Shown: positions 7,278 to 19,160 of the stretch, in pieces | Layout of the letters: every line of letters starts with the position of its first letter | How positions within the stretch are numbered: the first letter of the stretch is position 1 | Assembly: GCA_963733915.1 (NCBI GenBank) | Contig: CAVTEP010000001.1 | Location: 671,710 to 735,709 of the forward strand | DNA from: Candidatus Sulfomarinibacteraceae bacterium | GTDB lineage: Bacteria > Acidobacteriota > Thermoanaerobaculia > Thermoanaerobaculales > Sulfomarinibacteraceae | Length of the DNA stretch: 64,000 nt | Reading direction: 5' to 3' | Translations under genes and position numbers: made by a program | The notes under the pieces: generated by a model | Told to the model about the DNA's origin: nothing | The model's input: only the letters and a program-made list of their open reading frames with translations | Databases searched by the model: none

Positions 7278-9784
7278 CACGTGGTTTGCTACCTCGACAG
7301 CTCCCGTTGTTTCTGGTCCGCATCGGCCGCCTCTATCCGCGGGCGGTTGCCGCCGGTGCAATCCTGGCCTGGATCGTGGCTGGTCTGCTTGCCTCGCGAG
7401 TCCACATCGAGACCGACATCCTCTCATTGGTGCCCCGTGACAACCCGGTGGTCGAGGGCTTCAAGACCACCGTCGAACGATTCGGTTCGGTGGACACGCT
7501 TCTTGTCGTGGTTCACCTCGAGCCCGAAAGGGCGCTCGAAAGCTCGATAGACTTTGCCGATCGGCTGACCGAAAACCTGCGCAGCTGGGAGGACATCGAC
7601 TGGGTCGAGTACCGGGTCGACACTTCCGCCGAGGCAGCTGTTCCGCTGCTCGACCGGGTAACACTGTTTCTCGAGCCGGAGGAGCTGGACGAGGTTCTGG
7701 CGGGATTTGACGACGACGGCCTCGAGGCGAATGCCGTCCGGCTGCGTTCTCAGCTGATGGCGCCCCAGAGCCTGGTCACCAAGGACGTGCTGCGACTCGA
7801 CCCGGCGGGTCTCCTGCCGCGGATCTTGGCAAAAATCCGGTTTGGAGGCGTCGGTGTCGGGGTTGATCCCGATACAGGCTGCCTCATCGACCCCGGGGGA
7901 AAGCTCCTGCTGCTGATGGCAAAACCCGCTCGCCCGGCCCAGGACCTCGAGTTCGACCGCCGGCTGGTGGCGGCCCTGAACGACCGGGTGGCTGCGGTGT
8001 CCGAGGCGTGGATGGAAGAAAACGGAGAGACGGCGGCGCCGGCTGTCGAGTTCACCGGTGGCTATGTGGTTGCGCTCGACGACGCCAAGCTCATCACGTC
8101 GGACATGTTGGTCGGGCTCGTGTCATCCTTGCTCGGGGTCATGGTTCTGTTTCTGCTCGCTTTCCGAAGCCGTGCAGCTCTGGTTTACGCGTTCTTCCCG
8201 CTGGTGACGGGCATCGCGCTCACATTCTCTTTCGGGGCGCTCGTTCTCGGACGGATCAACTCCCTGACCTCGGCCTTTGGCGGGCTTGTTATCGGTCTCG
8301 GCATCGACTTCGTGATCGTGCTCTATGCACGGTATATCGAGGAACGCCAATCGGGAGCGTCCCATGATGACGCGGTGGATGCCATGGGCCGCCACACAGG
8401 GGTCGGAGTGCTGCTTGGCGCGGTGACGACAGCCGCTACCTTCTACTCGTTTTTGATCACAGATTTCGCGGGTCTGTGGGAACTCGGGCTCCTGACCGGC
8501 TCCGGGATCCTCCTGCTGGTGGTAACCGTCTACCTCATGCTGCCGGCCCTTTTGACCCTCGTCCAGCAAAGAGTCCGGCGCGACCGCCCGTTGCACCTGC
8601 GATCGTTTGGCGCCGATCATCTGTGCCGCGCGAGCCTCCTGAAACCGCGCGCGACCATCGCCGTCGCCGCAGTGATCACGGTGGCCCTGGGTGTTGGTAT
8701 CCGCGGACTCCGCTGGGACGACGACTTCAGAAACATGCGGTCGGGAGACAACCGCGCTATCCAGCTCCGGCAAGAGGTGATGGACGCTTTTGGCCTCCGG
8801 TTTTCGCCGATGGTGCTTCGATTCGACGGCATCGACGAGGGAGATGCTCTGGCCAAATGCCGCACCATCCTGCCGGAGCTCGAACGACTTGTGGACGGCG
8901 AAAACCTGGTTGACGTTGACACGATCGCCGGCGTGATACCGACACCGGAAACCCAACGTACGCTCATCGCGCGCCTTGAAAAAGCGGCGCCGTCGCTCGA
9001 CGGACTTGCGGGACGCTTCGATGATGCACTCCGCGCCGAGGGTCTCAACCCGGCAGCTTTTCGCGAGGGCATCGACCATTTGACGGTAGCGCTCGAACGG
9101 CGCCAACCGCTATCGCTCGCTGACCTCGATGGAACCCCGCTGGCACGGGTGGTCGACCGTTACGTGGCGGTGGCTGACAACGAGGTGTCTGCGGCCATCT
9201 ACTGCTATCCGCCGGTCGGTGAATGGCGTCGCGGCGCCTCACCCGCGCTCGCTGAGGTCCTGGCGAGGTATCCGGATGCGGTCCTCTCGGGGCCGAACAT
9301 CATCTCGGCGGAGCTCCGTGAGATCGTCTGGGACGATGCTATCGCCGCTGCGGTGCTCGGCATCGTGGTTGTTTTCATTCTGATGTGGGCCGACCTCGGT
9401 TCTCCATTGCGCGCGTTGCTCGCGCTCTTACCGCTGTTTGTCGGCATGGTGTGGATGCTCGGCGCGATGGCTATTCTCGGTCTCCGGCTCAACTTCTTCA
9501 ACATCTTCGTGGTGACGATGATTATCGGCATCGGCGTCGACTACGGGGTGCATTTTCTACACCGATGGTATGAGTCAGGAGGCGATCAGGCGGCGGTGGC
9601 CGCGACCGCAAAAGCGATCGCAGTTGCCGCCCTGACAACCATGGTCGGCTTCGGGTCGCTCGTGATCTCGCATTATCCGGGCTTGCGATCGGTTGGCGGC
9701 GCTGCGATTCTCGGGGCGTTGTCGACAGCCGTGCTTGGTATCACCCTGCTTCCGGCGCTGCTTTCAAGGAAGGACGTTTCATGA
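7274..9784 (+). CDS. MMPL/RND-superfamily membrane transporter (HpnN-like)
   Basis: ORF track 7193..9784. The in-frame GTG at 7274 overlaps the pgsA stop (GTGA). Two 6-TM bundles carry GLGIDFVIVLYARYIEE and GIGVDYGVHFLHRWYE motifs, separated by large periplasmic domains. Confidence 0.8.
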   Translation: MTRGLLPRQLPLFLVRIGRLYPRAVAAGAILAWIVAGLLASRVHIETDILSLVPRDNPVVEGFKTTVERFGSVDTLLVVVHLEPERALESSIDFADRLTENLRSWEDIDWVEYRVDTSAEAAVPLLDRVTLFLEPEELDEVLAGFDDDGLEANAVRLRSQLMAPQSLVTKDVLRLDPAGLLPRILAKIRFGGVGVGVDPDTGCLIDPGGKLLLLMAKPARPAQDLEFDRRLVAALNDRVAAVSEAWMEENGETAAPAVEFTGGYVVALDDAKLITSDMLVGLVSSLLGVMVLFLLAFRSRAALVYAFFPLVTGIALTFSFGALVLGRINSLTSAFGGLVIGLGIDFVIVLYARYIEERQSGASHDDAVDAMGRHTGVGVLLGAVTTAATFYSFLITDFAGLWELGLLTGSGILLLVVTVYLMLPALLTLVQQRVRRDRPLHLRSFGADHLCRASLLKPRATIAVAAVITVALGVGIRGLRWDDDFRNMRSGDNRAIQLRQEVMDAFGLRFSPMVLRFDGIDEGDALAKCRTILPELERLVDGENLVDVDTIAGVIPTPETQRTLIARLEKAAPSLDGLAGRFDDALRAEGLNPAAFREGIDHLTVALERRQPLSLADLDGTPLARVVDRYVAVADNEVSAAIYCYPPVGEWRRGASPALAEVLARYPDAVLSGPNIISAELREIVWDDAIAAAVLGIVVVFILMWADLGSPLRALLALLPLFVGMVWMLGAMAILGLRLNFFNIFVVTMIIGIGVDYGVHFLHRWYESGGDQAAVAATAKAIAVAALTTMVGFGSLVISHYPGLRSVGGAAILGALSTAVLGITLLPALLSRKDVS

Positions 9785-12209
9785 TCCGCGAATTAAAGCC
9801 GAGAGACCTGGCATGGCGGTGCCCGACAAGCTGGTTGCCCAAGAAGGACTCGACGACCGTCAAACCGGCATCGACGATCGTCGCCCAGGACCGTGCAGTC
9901 GAGGCGATTGCATTCGGCCTCGCGGTGGGCGGTATCGGGTTCAACGTTTTCGTCACCGGCATGTCGGGCACCGGACGGCTGACGACCATCAAGAGCTTTG
10001 TCGAACGCTTGGCCGAGTCAAAGAAGAAGCCGGACGACATCTGCTTTGTCTTCAATTTCCACAAGCCCGAAGAACCCTGCGCGATCTTTCTGGCGGCCGG
10101 GGCCGGAGGCCGCCTGCGGAATGGCATGGACGATCTCATCGAGGAGTTGTCCGAAAACCTGCCGGCAATTCTCAACGATCGCGATTTTCGTTCGCGTATC
10201 GAACGCGTGGTCGAACCCTTGCAGCGGCAGGAGCGCGAGATCATCGCGGCCTTCGAAAAGCAGGTCAGCGATGCCGGCTTCGTGCTGGTCCAGGTCCAGG
10301 CCGGGATGGTCACGCGACCTGAAATCCTGCCCGTCGTCGGCGAGCAGCCGGTGGCGCTCGAGAAACTCGGCGAACTGGTGGAGGCGTCCGCGATCAGCAC
10401 CGATCGCGCGGACGAGCTTCGCCAGGCCCACGCCAGTCTCACCGAGAGGTTTCGCGATGTATTCCAGGAGGTGGCGGAGATCCGTCGCACGGTCCAACAA
10501 CGAGTCGAAGACGTTCGGCGAAAGCTCCTGCAGCCCGCCTTCGATGCGGCGGTGAACAGGATCCGCAAGTCGGTCGGAGACCCCCGGGCAAAGCTCTATC
10601 TCGATGAGGTGGCATCTGACCTCGGCCAGAACCTGGAACTGTTCATGATCACTGACGAGGTCGCGCCGGCGGATGGCGACCGGTTCCTGCGCTGGCGGGT
10701 CAACCTCGTGGTCGACAATTCTGACACCGGCGGACGTCCGGTGGTGATGGAGACCGAGCCCAGCTACACCAATCTCTTTGGCACGATCGAACGCACGCTG
10801 ACGCAGTCGGGAGAGGCGGCCACTTCGTTCCTGCGGATTCGTGCCGGGTCGCTGATGCGGGCCAACGGTGGTTTCCTGGTTCTCAACGCCGATGACGTGC
10901 TGATGGAGCCGCGGGTATGGCCCGGTCTCAAGCGCGCCCTCAAGTTCCGGCGGGTCCAGATTCAATCGCTTGAGAGCCTGGTCTTGGGCGCTGCGCTCCT
11001 CAAGCCGGAACCGGTGCCGATCGACGTCAAGGTTGTGATCATCGGAAGCCGAGAGATCTACGATCTGCTTTTCAGGTACGACCCGGATTTTTCAAAAATA
11101 TTCAAGGTCCTGGCTGACTTCGACAATCGTCCTCGACACAACGAGAGGACATGCCCGCGACGTGCTGTCGGTGCTGCGCAAGGTCACCTTGGAAGAGGGC
11201 CTGCGCGAGCTCGATCGCAGCGGAATGGCGGCGATGCTCGAGGAAGCGGTGCGTTTCGGTGGCTGGCGACGGCAGTTCTCGAGCCGGTTTTCTGATATCG
11301 CGGATCTGCTCCACGAGGCCTCGTACCAGGCGGAGCGTGGCGGTGCGAACCGCATTTCCGGCAAGCACGTGGTCGCCGCTCGCGCCGCTCGCCGGCGGCG
11401 CCACTCGCTGACCGAGGATCGCTCACACGACCTTATCGAACAGGGAGTCATCCGGGTCGAAACGACAGGGGTTGCAGTAGGGCAGGTGAACGGGTTGGCG
11501 GTCTACGACCTCGGACACCACAGCTTCGGAAAACCGTCGCGAATCACCGCCCGGGTGGGGCTCGGACGCGAAGGTGTGGTCAATGTCGAGCGCCAGGCAG
11601 GGCTGTCCGGTCCGAGCTACGACAAGGGCGTGAGCATCCTTACCGGCTTCATCCGCGGCACCTTCGCCCGCCGCTCTCCGCTGGCCATGTCGTGCTCGGT
11701 GACCTTCGAGCAGTCGTACGGCGGCGTCGACGGTGACTCGGCTTCGTCAACCGAGGTCTACGCGATCCTCTCGGCCATTGCCGGTATTCCCCTGCGTCAG
11801 GATGTCGGCGGTCACCGGCTCGGTGGATCAGTACGGTCGAGTTCAGGCGATCGGCGGGGTCAACGAGAAGATCGAGGGCTTCTTCCGCGTGTGCTGCACC
11901 GGCGAGCTCACCGGCAGCCAGGGCGTATTGATTCCGGCGGCAAACGTCGCTGATCTCCAGCTGTCGAGCGAGGTGGTGGAAGCCGTCGGGGCGGGTTCCT
12001 TCCACATCTGGGCGGTGGATTCGATCGAGGATGGCATCGAGCTGTTGTCGGGAACGGTGGCAGGGGTCTGGAAGGAGGGTTTCGGGTGGCGTCCGAAAGC
12101 CAGTGTTTTCGGCGCCTGCCAGGACCGTCTCGACGAAATGGTGAGCCTGATGCGGCTGGCGGCCAAGGGCGTGGGCGAGACTTCTGAGCCGGAAATCGTT
12201 GATGGATAG
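9781..12209 (+). pseudogene. Lon-like ATP-dependent protease (N-terminal AAA-like ATPase plus C-terminal S16 Lon protease domain), split over three frames by two +1 shifts as sequenced
   Basis: ORFs 9781..11295, 11162..11953 and 11733..12209 join into one ~809-aa protein. It has a Walker-A-like VTGMSGTGRLTT, catalytic Ser in GVDGDSASSTEVYAILSAI and catalytic Lys in AIGGVNEKIEGFF. First break is between ~11120 and 11165; the second is at ~11806-11812 (gatgtcGgcggtcacc, expected QDVAVTGSVDQ). The ATG overlaps the MMPL stop (ATGA). Confidence 0.8.
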
Positions 12210-12227
12210 GGACCTCGCCGGTACAAT

Positions 12228-12285
12228 GGAATTTTGAGATTGTGATTTCGGTCACTTTGATTTGACACCCTGGAAAGTGGGTGGG
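12228..12285. repeat. E3: degenerate element (AT-rich TTGA-periodic arm plus caccc/gggtg mini-clamp)
   Basis: ggaattttgagattgtgatttcggtcactttgatttga, then caccctggaaagtgggtggg. Weak periodicity and only one arm. Confidence 0.35.
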
Positions 12286-12347
12286 ACAATCATGCGGGCT
12301 CAGCCGCAGAGCACGATACGGTTCAGGCTTGTTGAAGGAGGGGGGGC

Positions 12348-13229
12348 ATGCCGAGACGTCTGAATACGATCATCATCGTGCCCCACAGCAAGGCACGATT
12401 CTTCAAATTTTCCTTTTCCACAAGGGCGCTATTGATAGCCGCAGGTGTTGCAGCAGTGGCTCTGGTGTTTTCGATCATCGCGATCGCCTTCACCGGCAGC
12501 GCTGTCAATCGCCGCCTCGAAGTGCAGCGGTTGAAGGGCGAAAATTCGGAGCTGACCCAGGTCAATCAGGGGCTCGAACGCACCATAGCTGAGGTCCAGG
12601 GTCGTCTCGACGAGTTCGAAGAACGGACCGCTCGACTGGCCCTGGCCGCTGGGATGGAGTCCGCAGCGGTGGGTTTTTCCGATGGCGGCGGTAACGGCAC
12701 CAGGGTCGGCAGCGGCGGTCCTTACGACCGGCTTCCCGAATCGCCCGAAGCACTGACCGCCCAGGGGCGGTGGGTCGAGACTCAGCTCGATTTGGTTGAG
12801 GGCCGGCTGGCGGAACAGGGACGTGTGCTTGCTTCCACCCCGACGATCGCCCCGGTCCTCGGTCTGATAACGGACGGCTACGGACGCCGCAAGGACCCGT
12901 TCACCGGTCGTCTGGCATTTCACCGCGGGCTCGATATCTCGGCACGGCGCGGCACGCCGATCAACGCGCCGGCTGACGGAATCGTGGTGTTTGCAGGTCG
13001 TAACGGCGGTCTCGGCCGTACCGTCCGGATTTCGCATGATTTTGGATTTACAACCGTTTACGGACACCTCGACAAGATCAGTGTCGAACCGGGCGACCTC
13101 GTCCACCGCGGACAGGAGATCGGTCTGCTCGGCAACTCCGGGCGCTCGACCGGTCCCCACCTGCACTACGAGGTGCACGAGGACGGAGTCTCGAAAAATC
13201 CGCTGTACTACGTCCTCGACGCGTTCTGA
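12348..13229 (+). CDS. M23 family metallopeptidase (LytM domain) with N-terminal TM and coiled coil (EnvC-like architecture)
   Basis: HRGLDISARRGTPINAPADG...GRSTGPHLHYEVHEDG are M23 zinc-binding motifs. SD GGAGGGGGGG lies upstream of the ATG. Confidence 0.88.
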   Translation: MPRRLNTIIIVPHSKARFFKFSFSTRALLIAAGVAAVALVFSIIAIAFTGSAVNRRLEVQRLKGENSELTQVNQGLERTIAEVQGRLDEFEERTARLALAAGMESAAVGFSDGGGNGTRVGSGGPYDRLPESPEALTAQGRWVETQLDLVEGRLAEQGRVLASTPTIAPVLGLITDGYGRRKDPFTGRLAFHRGLDISARRGTPINAPADGIVVFAGRNGGLGRTVRISHDFGFTTVYGHLDKISVEPGDLVHRGQEIGLLGNSGRSTGPHLHYEVHEDGVSKNPLYYVLDAF

Positions 13230-13295
13230 TTCTGGCTCCGCCGACCCGATCAACGTGCCCATCGGGGCGCGTTTTGCGCCCGTGGAACTGCGATC

Positions 13296-13413
13296 GAGTT
13301 GTAGAGTTTTGGGTTTTGAGTTATGAGTTCCTCCCGCCCGACCCCGAAGGACTCCCTATTCGGGGGGAGGGTTGGGTGGCAACTCAAAACTCAAAACTAT
13401 GAACTCAAAACTC
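13296..13413. repeat. E4: STR-armed GC-clamped hairpin, GAGTTTT-type arms
   Basis: Left arm gagttgtagagttttgggttttgagttatgagtt (13296-13329). Core cctcccgcccgacccc..loop..ggggggagggttgggtgg (13330-13379). Right arm aactcaaaactcaaaactatgaactcaaaactc (13381-13413). Confidence 0.85.
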
Positions 13414-13545
13414 TGCAGCGTTGCAATCCTCGGCCGGGTGCTCTAGCCTGACGGGGACCGGTGGCGGCGTCGTTGCCGTAATCCGGGAGCGGGCCGATGC
13501 GCCGGGGGTCGCCCCGGCATTTTGTCATCCGGCAAGGTGGAGTGA

Positions 13546-16335
<2,790 letters not shown>

Positions 16336-16338
16336 GAG

Positions 16339-17808
16339 ATGAGCCAGGGAATTCCGATCGGTCTGACCTTTGACGACGTGCTGCTGGTGCCGGCGCGATC
16401 GGAGGCGCATCCCAACGAGGTTGACGTAGCGACCCGATTGACCAGGGGCGGGATGCGCCTCAACCTTCCGATCGTATCGGCGGCGATGGACACCGTGACC
16501 GAGGCCAACATGGCGATCGCGATGGCCCAGTACGGTGGCCTCGGCGTTGTTCACAAGAATATGTCGATCGAGCGCCAGGCCGAGGAAGTTGATCGCGTCA
16601 AGCGCTCGGAGTCGGGCATGATCGTCGACCCGGTGACCGTTCAGCCTCAACAATCGGTGACCGAAGCGCTCGATGTCATGGCGAGGTATCGAATCTCGGG
16701 TCTGCCGGTGATCGATGCCCAGGGCCAACTCAAAGGCATCCTCACCAATCGCGACCTCCGCTTCTGCACCGAGTTCGACCGGCCGATCGAAGACTTGATG
16801 ACCAAGGAAAACCTGATCACGGCGAATGTCGGAACGACTCTCGATGAGGCCAAGACCCTGCTCCACCGGAACCGAATCGAGAAGCTCCTGATCGTCGACG
16901 GCGACGGCAACCTCAAGGGACTGATTACCGTCAAGGACATCAAGAAAGCCCACGACTATCCCGATGCCTGCAAGGACGAGCTCGGCCGGCTGCGGGTAGG
17001 GGCGGGGGTCGGGGTCACGGCCGATGTTCTCGAACGCTGTGCCGCGCTGATCGAACGCCAGGTCGATGTGTTGTGCCTCGACAGCTCGCACGCCCACTCG
17101 CGCGGAGTCATGGAAACTGCAGAGCGAATCAAGGACCGTTTCCCCGAAACCCCGCTCATCGTCGGCAATATCGCCACTGAAGAGGCGGCGCGAGACCTCA
17201 TCGAAATCGGCGCCGACGCACTCAAGGTCGGAATCGGACCGGGCTCGATTTGCACCACGCGGGTGGTGACGGGATCCGGCATGCCGCAGATCACCGCCGT
17301 CATGGCCTGCGCCACGGTGGCGCGCGAGCACGGCGTGCCGGTGATCGCCGACGGTGGCGTTCGGTACTCCGGTGACATCGCAAAAGCGCTCGCGGCGGGC
17401 GCCGACGCGGTCATGATCGGTTCCCTCTTTGCAGGCGCCGAAGAGTCGCCGGGCGAGCAGATCCTGTACCAGGGCCGCACCTTCAAGGCCTACCGGGGAA
17501 TGGGCTCGATCGGGGCGATGAAAGACGCAGAAGGTTCCAGCGATCGATACTTTCAGGAAGGGGGCGCCATCGCGAAGCTGGTTCCGGAAGGCATCGAGGG
17601 CATGGTTCCCTTCAAGGGGCCGCTGGCCGATCAGCTGACTCAGCTGGTCGGCGGACTTCGAGCCGGGATGGGCCTGGCGGGTTGCGCATCCATCGGCGAT
17701 CTTCACACTCGGTCGCGGTTTGTCCGGGTCACCGGTGCCGGCCTCAAAGAGGGCCACGCCCACGACGTCGTCGTCACCAAGGAAGCCCCGAACTACCGCA
17801 TCGACTAG
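16339..17808 (+). CDS. guaB: IMP dehydrogenase
   Basis: 489 aa. [14 protein letters not shown], a CBS pair, the catalytic loop [20 protein letters not shown], and [17 protein letters not shown]. Confidence 0.96.
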   Translation: MSQGIPIGLTFDDVLLVPARSEAHPNEVDVATRLTRGGMRLNLPIVSAAMDTVTEANMAIAMAQYGGLGVVHKNMSIERQAEEVDRVKRSESGMIVDPVTVQPQQSVTEALDVMARYRISGLPVIDAQGQLKGILTNRDLRFCTEFDRPIEDLMTKENLITANVGTTLDEAKTLLHRNRIEKLLIVDGDGNLKGLITVKDIKKAHDYPDACKDELGRLRVGAGVGVTADVLERCAALIERQVDVLCLDSSHAHSRGVMETAERIKDRFPETPLIVGNIATEEAARDLIEIGADALKVGIGPGSICTTRVVTGSGMPQITAVMACATVAREHGVPVIADGGVRYSGDIAKALAAGADAVMIGSLFAGAEESPGEQILYQGRTFKAYRGMGSIGAMKDAEGSSDRYFQEGGAIAKLVPEGIEGMVPFKGPLADQLTQLVGGLRAGMGLAGCASIGDLHTRSRFVRVTGAGLKEGHAHDVVVTKEAPNYRID

Positions 17809-17811
17809 GTC

Positions 17812-17917
17812 GAATTCTCAGGTCTCAATTCTCAATTTTGAATTCCCTCCTCTCTTCGACTTCTGGGGGTGGGTCGGGGCAATTGAAAATTGAGAACTCA
17901 AAATTAAGAATTGAAAG
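17812..17917. repeat. E5: STR-armed GC-clamped hairpin, GAATTCT/CAATTCT-type arms
   Basis: Left arm gaattctcaggtctcaattctcaattttgaatt (17812-17844). Core ccctcctctc..ttcgacttct..gggggtgggtcgggg. Right arm caattgaaaattgagaactcaaaattaagaattgaaag (17880-17917). Confidence 0.88.
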
Positions 17918-17946
17918 GCCTTAGCCCCTCTGCTATCCTCCGCCCC

Positions 17947-18990
17947 ATGAAAAAAGCCCTGATCACCGGCATTACCGGCCAGGACGGCTCGTATCTCGCG
18001 GAGTTGCTGCTCGCCAAGGAATACGAGGTCCACGGTCTGGTCCGGCGCTCCTCGACCTTCAACCGCAGCCGCATCGACCACCTGAGGAAGGCGTCTCTCG
18101 GAGACCGCCACGTACGTCTCCACTATGGCGATCTCGGCGACGCCGAGTCGCTGACGACCGTGCTGCGACTGGTGAGCCCGGACGAGATTTACAACCTCGC
18201 CGCCCAGTCCCACGTCGGCATCTCGTTTTCGATGCCCACCTATACCGGCGACGTTTCCGGTCTCGGAGCCGTGCGACTGCTCGAGGCTGTGCGACAGGTC
18301 GCACCCGAGGCACGGTTTTACCAGGCGTCGTCGTCCGAGCTCTTTGGCAAAGCGAAAGAGGTGCCGCAGAACGAGTCGACGTCCTTCCACCCGCGCTCAC
18401 CGTATGCGGTGGCCAAACTCTACAGCTTCTGGGCTGCCGTCAACTACCGAGAGGCCCACGGGTTGTTTGCAGCCAACGGGATCCTTTTCAACCACGAGTC
18501 GCCTCGGCGTGGAGAAAATTTCGTGACCCGCAAGATCACCCGCGCGGTGGCTGAGATCGCGGGCGGTCAGCGAGACCGGGTGTCCCTCGGAAATCTCGAC
18601 GCCCGCCGCGACTGGGGTTTTGCCGGCGACTTCGTTGATGCGATGTGGCGAATCGTGCAGACGGACGAACCGGACGACTGGGTCGTCGGTACAGGCGAGG
18701 AACACTCGGTACGCGAATTCTGCGAGCACGCCTTCGCCCACGTCGGCATTGAATTGGAGTGGGCAGGTAGCGGGATCGACGAGGTGGGCCGGGACCGTTC
18801 GACCGGCGCCACGCGGGTGGTGGTGAACTCGCGGTACTTCCGGCCGGCAGAGGTCGATCGATTGCTGTCGGATGCCGCAAAGGCGCGCCGCGAGCTTGGT
18901 TGGGAGCCGAAGGTCGGATTTGAGGAGCTGGTACGGATGATGGTTGACGCCGACCTCGAAGCGGTCGGCGCGACCACGCTAGAACGTTAG
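17947..18990 (+). CDS. gmd: GDP-mannose 4,6-dehydratase
   Basis: ORF track 17911..18990; ATG at 17947 gives [22 protein letters not shown]. Also SSELFGK, YAVAKLY and [17 protein letters not shown]. The last residues TTLER* are encoded in the left arm of E6. Confidence 0.93.
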   Translation: MKKALITGITGQDGSYLAELLLAKEYEVHGLVRRSSTFNRSRIDHLRKASLGDRHVRLHYGDLGDAESLTTVLRLVSPDEIYNLAAQSHVGISFSMPTYTGDVSGLGAVRLLEAVRQVAPEARFYQASSSELFGKAKEVPQNESTSFHPRSPYAVAKLYSFWAAVNYREAHGLFAANGILFNHESPRRGENFVTRKITRAVAEIAGGQRDRVSLGNLDARRDWGFAGDFVDAMWRIVQTDEPDDWVVGTGEEHSVREFCEHAFAHVGIELEWAGSGIDEVGRDRSTGATRVVVNSRYFRPAEVDRLLSDAAKARRELGWEPKVGFEELVRMMVDADLEAVGATTLER

Positions 18991-19106
18991 AACGTTGGAA
19001 CGTCACACGTTAGAACGATTTCAAGTTGGACGGCCGGGTCTCCGCCGGACGTGCTCCGGTTGGGTTGGCCGAACGTGTTAACGTTTTAGCGTTGAACGTT
19101 TTAACG
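18979..19106. repeat. E6: STR-armed hairpin, AACGTT-type arms
   Basis: Left arm ctagaacgttagaacgttggaacgtcacacgttagaacg (18979-19017). The GC-rich core includes ggttgggttgg. Right arm gaacgtgttaacgttttagcgttgaacgttttaacg (19071-19106). The gmd stop lies in the left arm. Confidence 0.8.
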
Positions 19107-19160
19107 ACGCTTGTTTTGGCCGTGAGGTCGTCATAGCATTGCGAAGCGTGGAGGCAGCGG

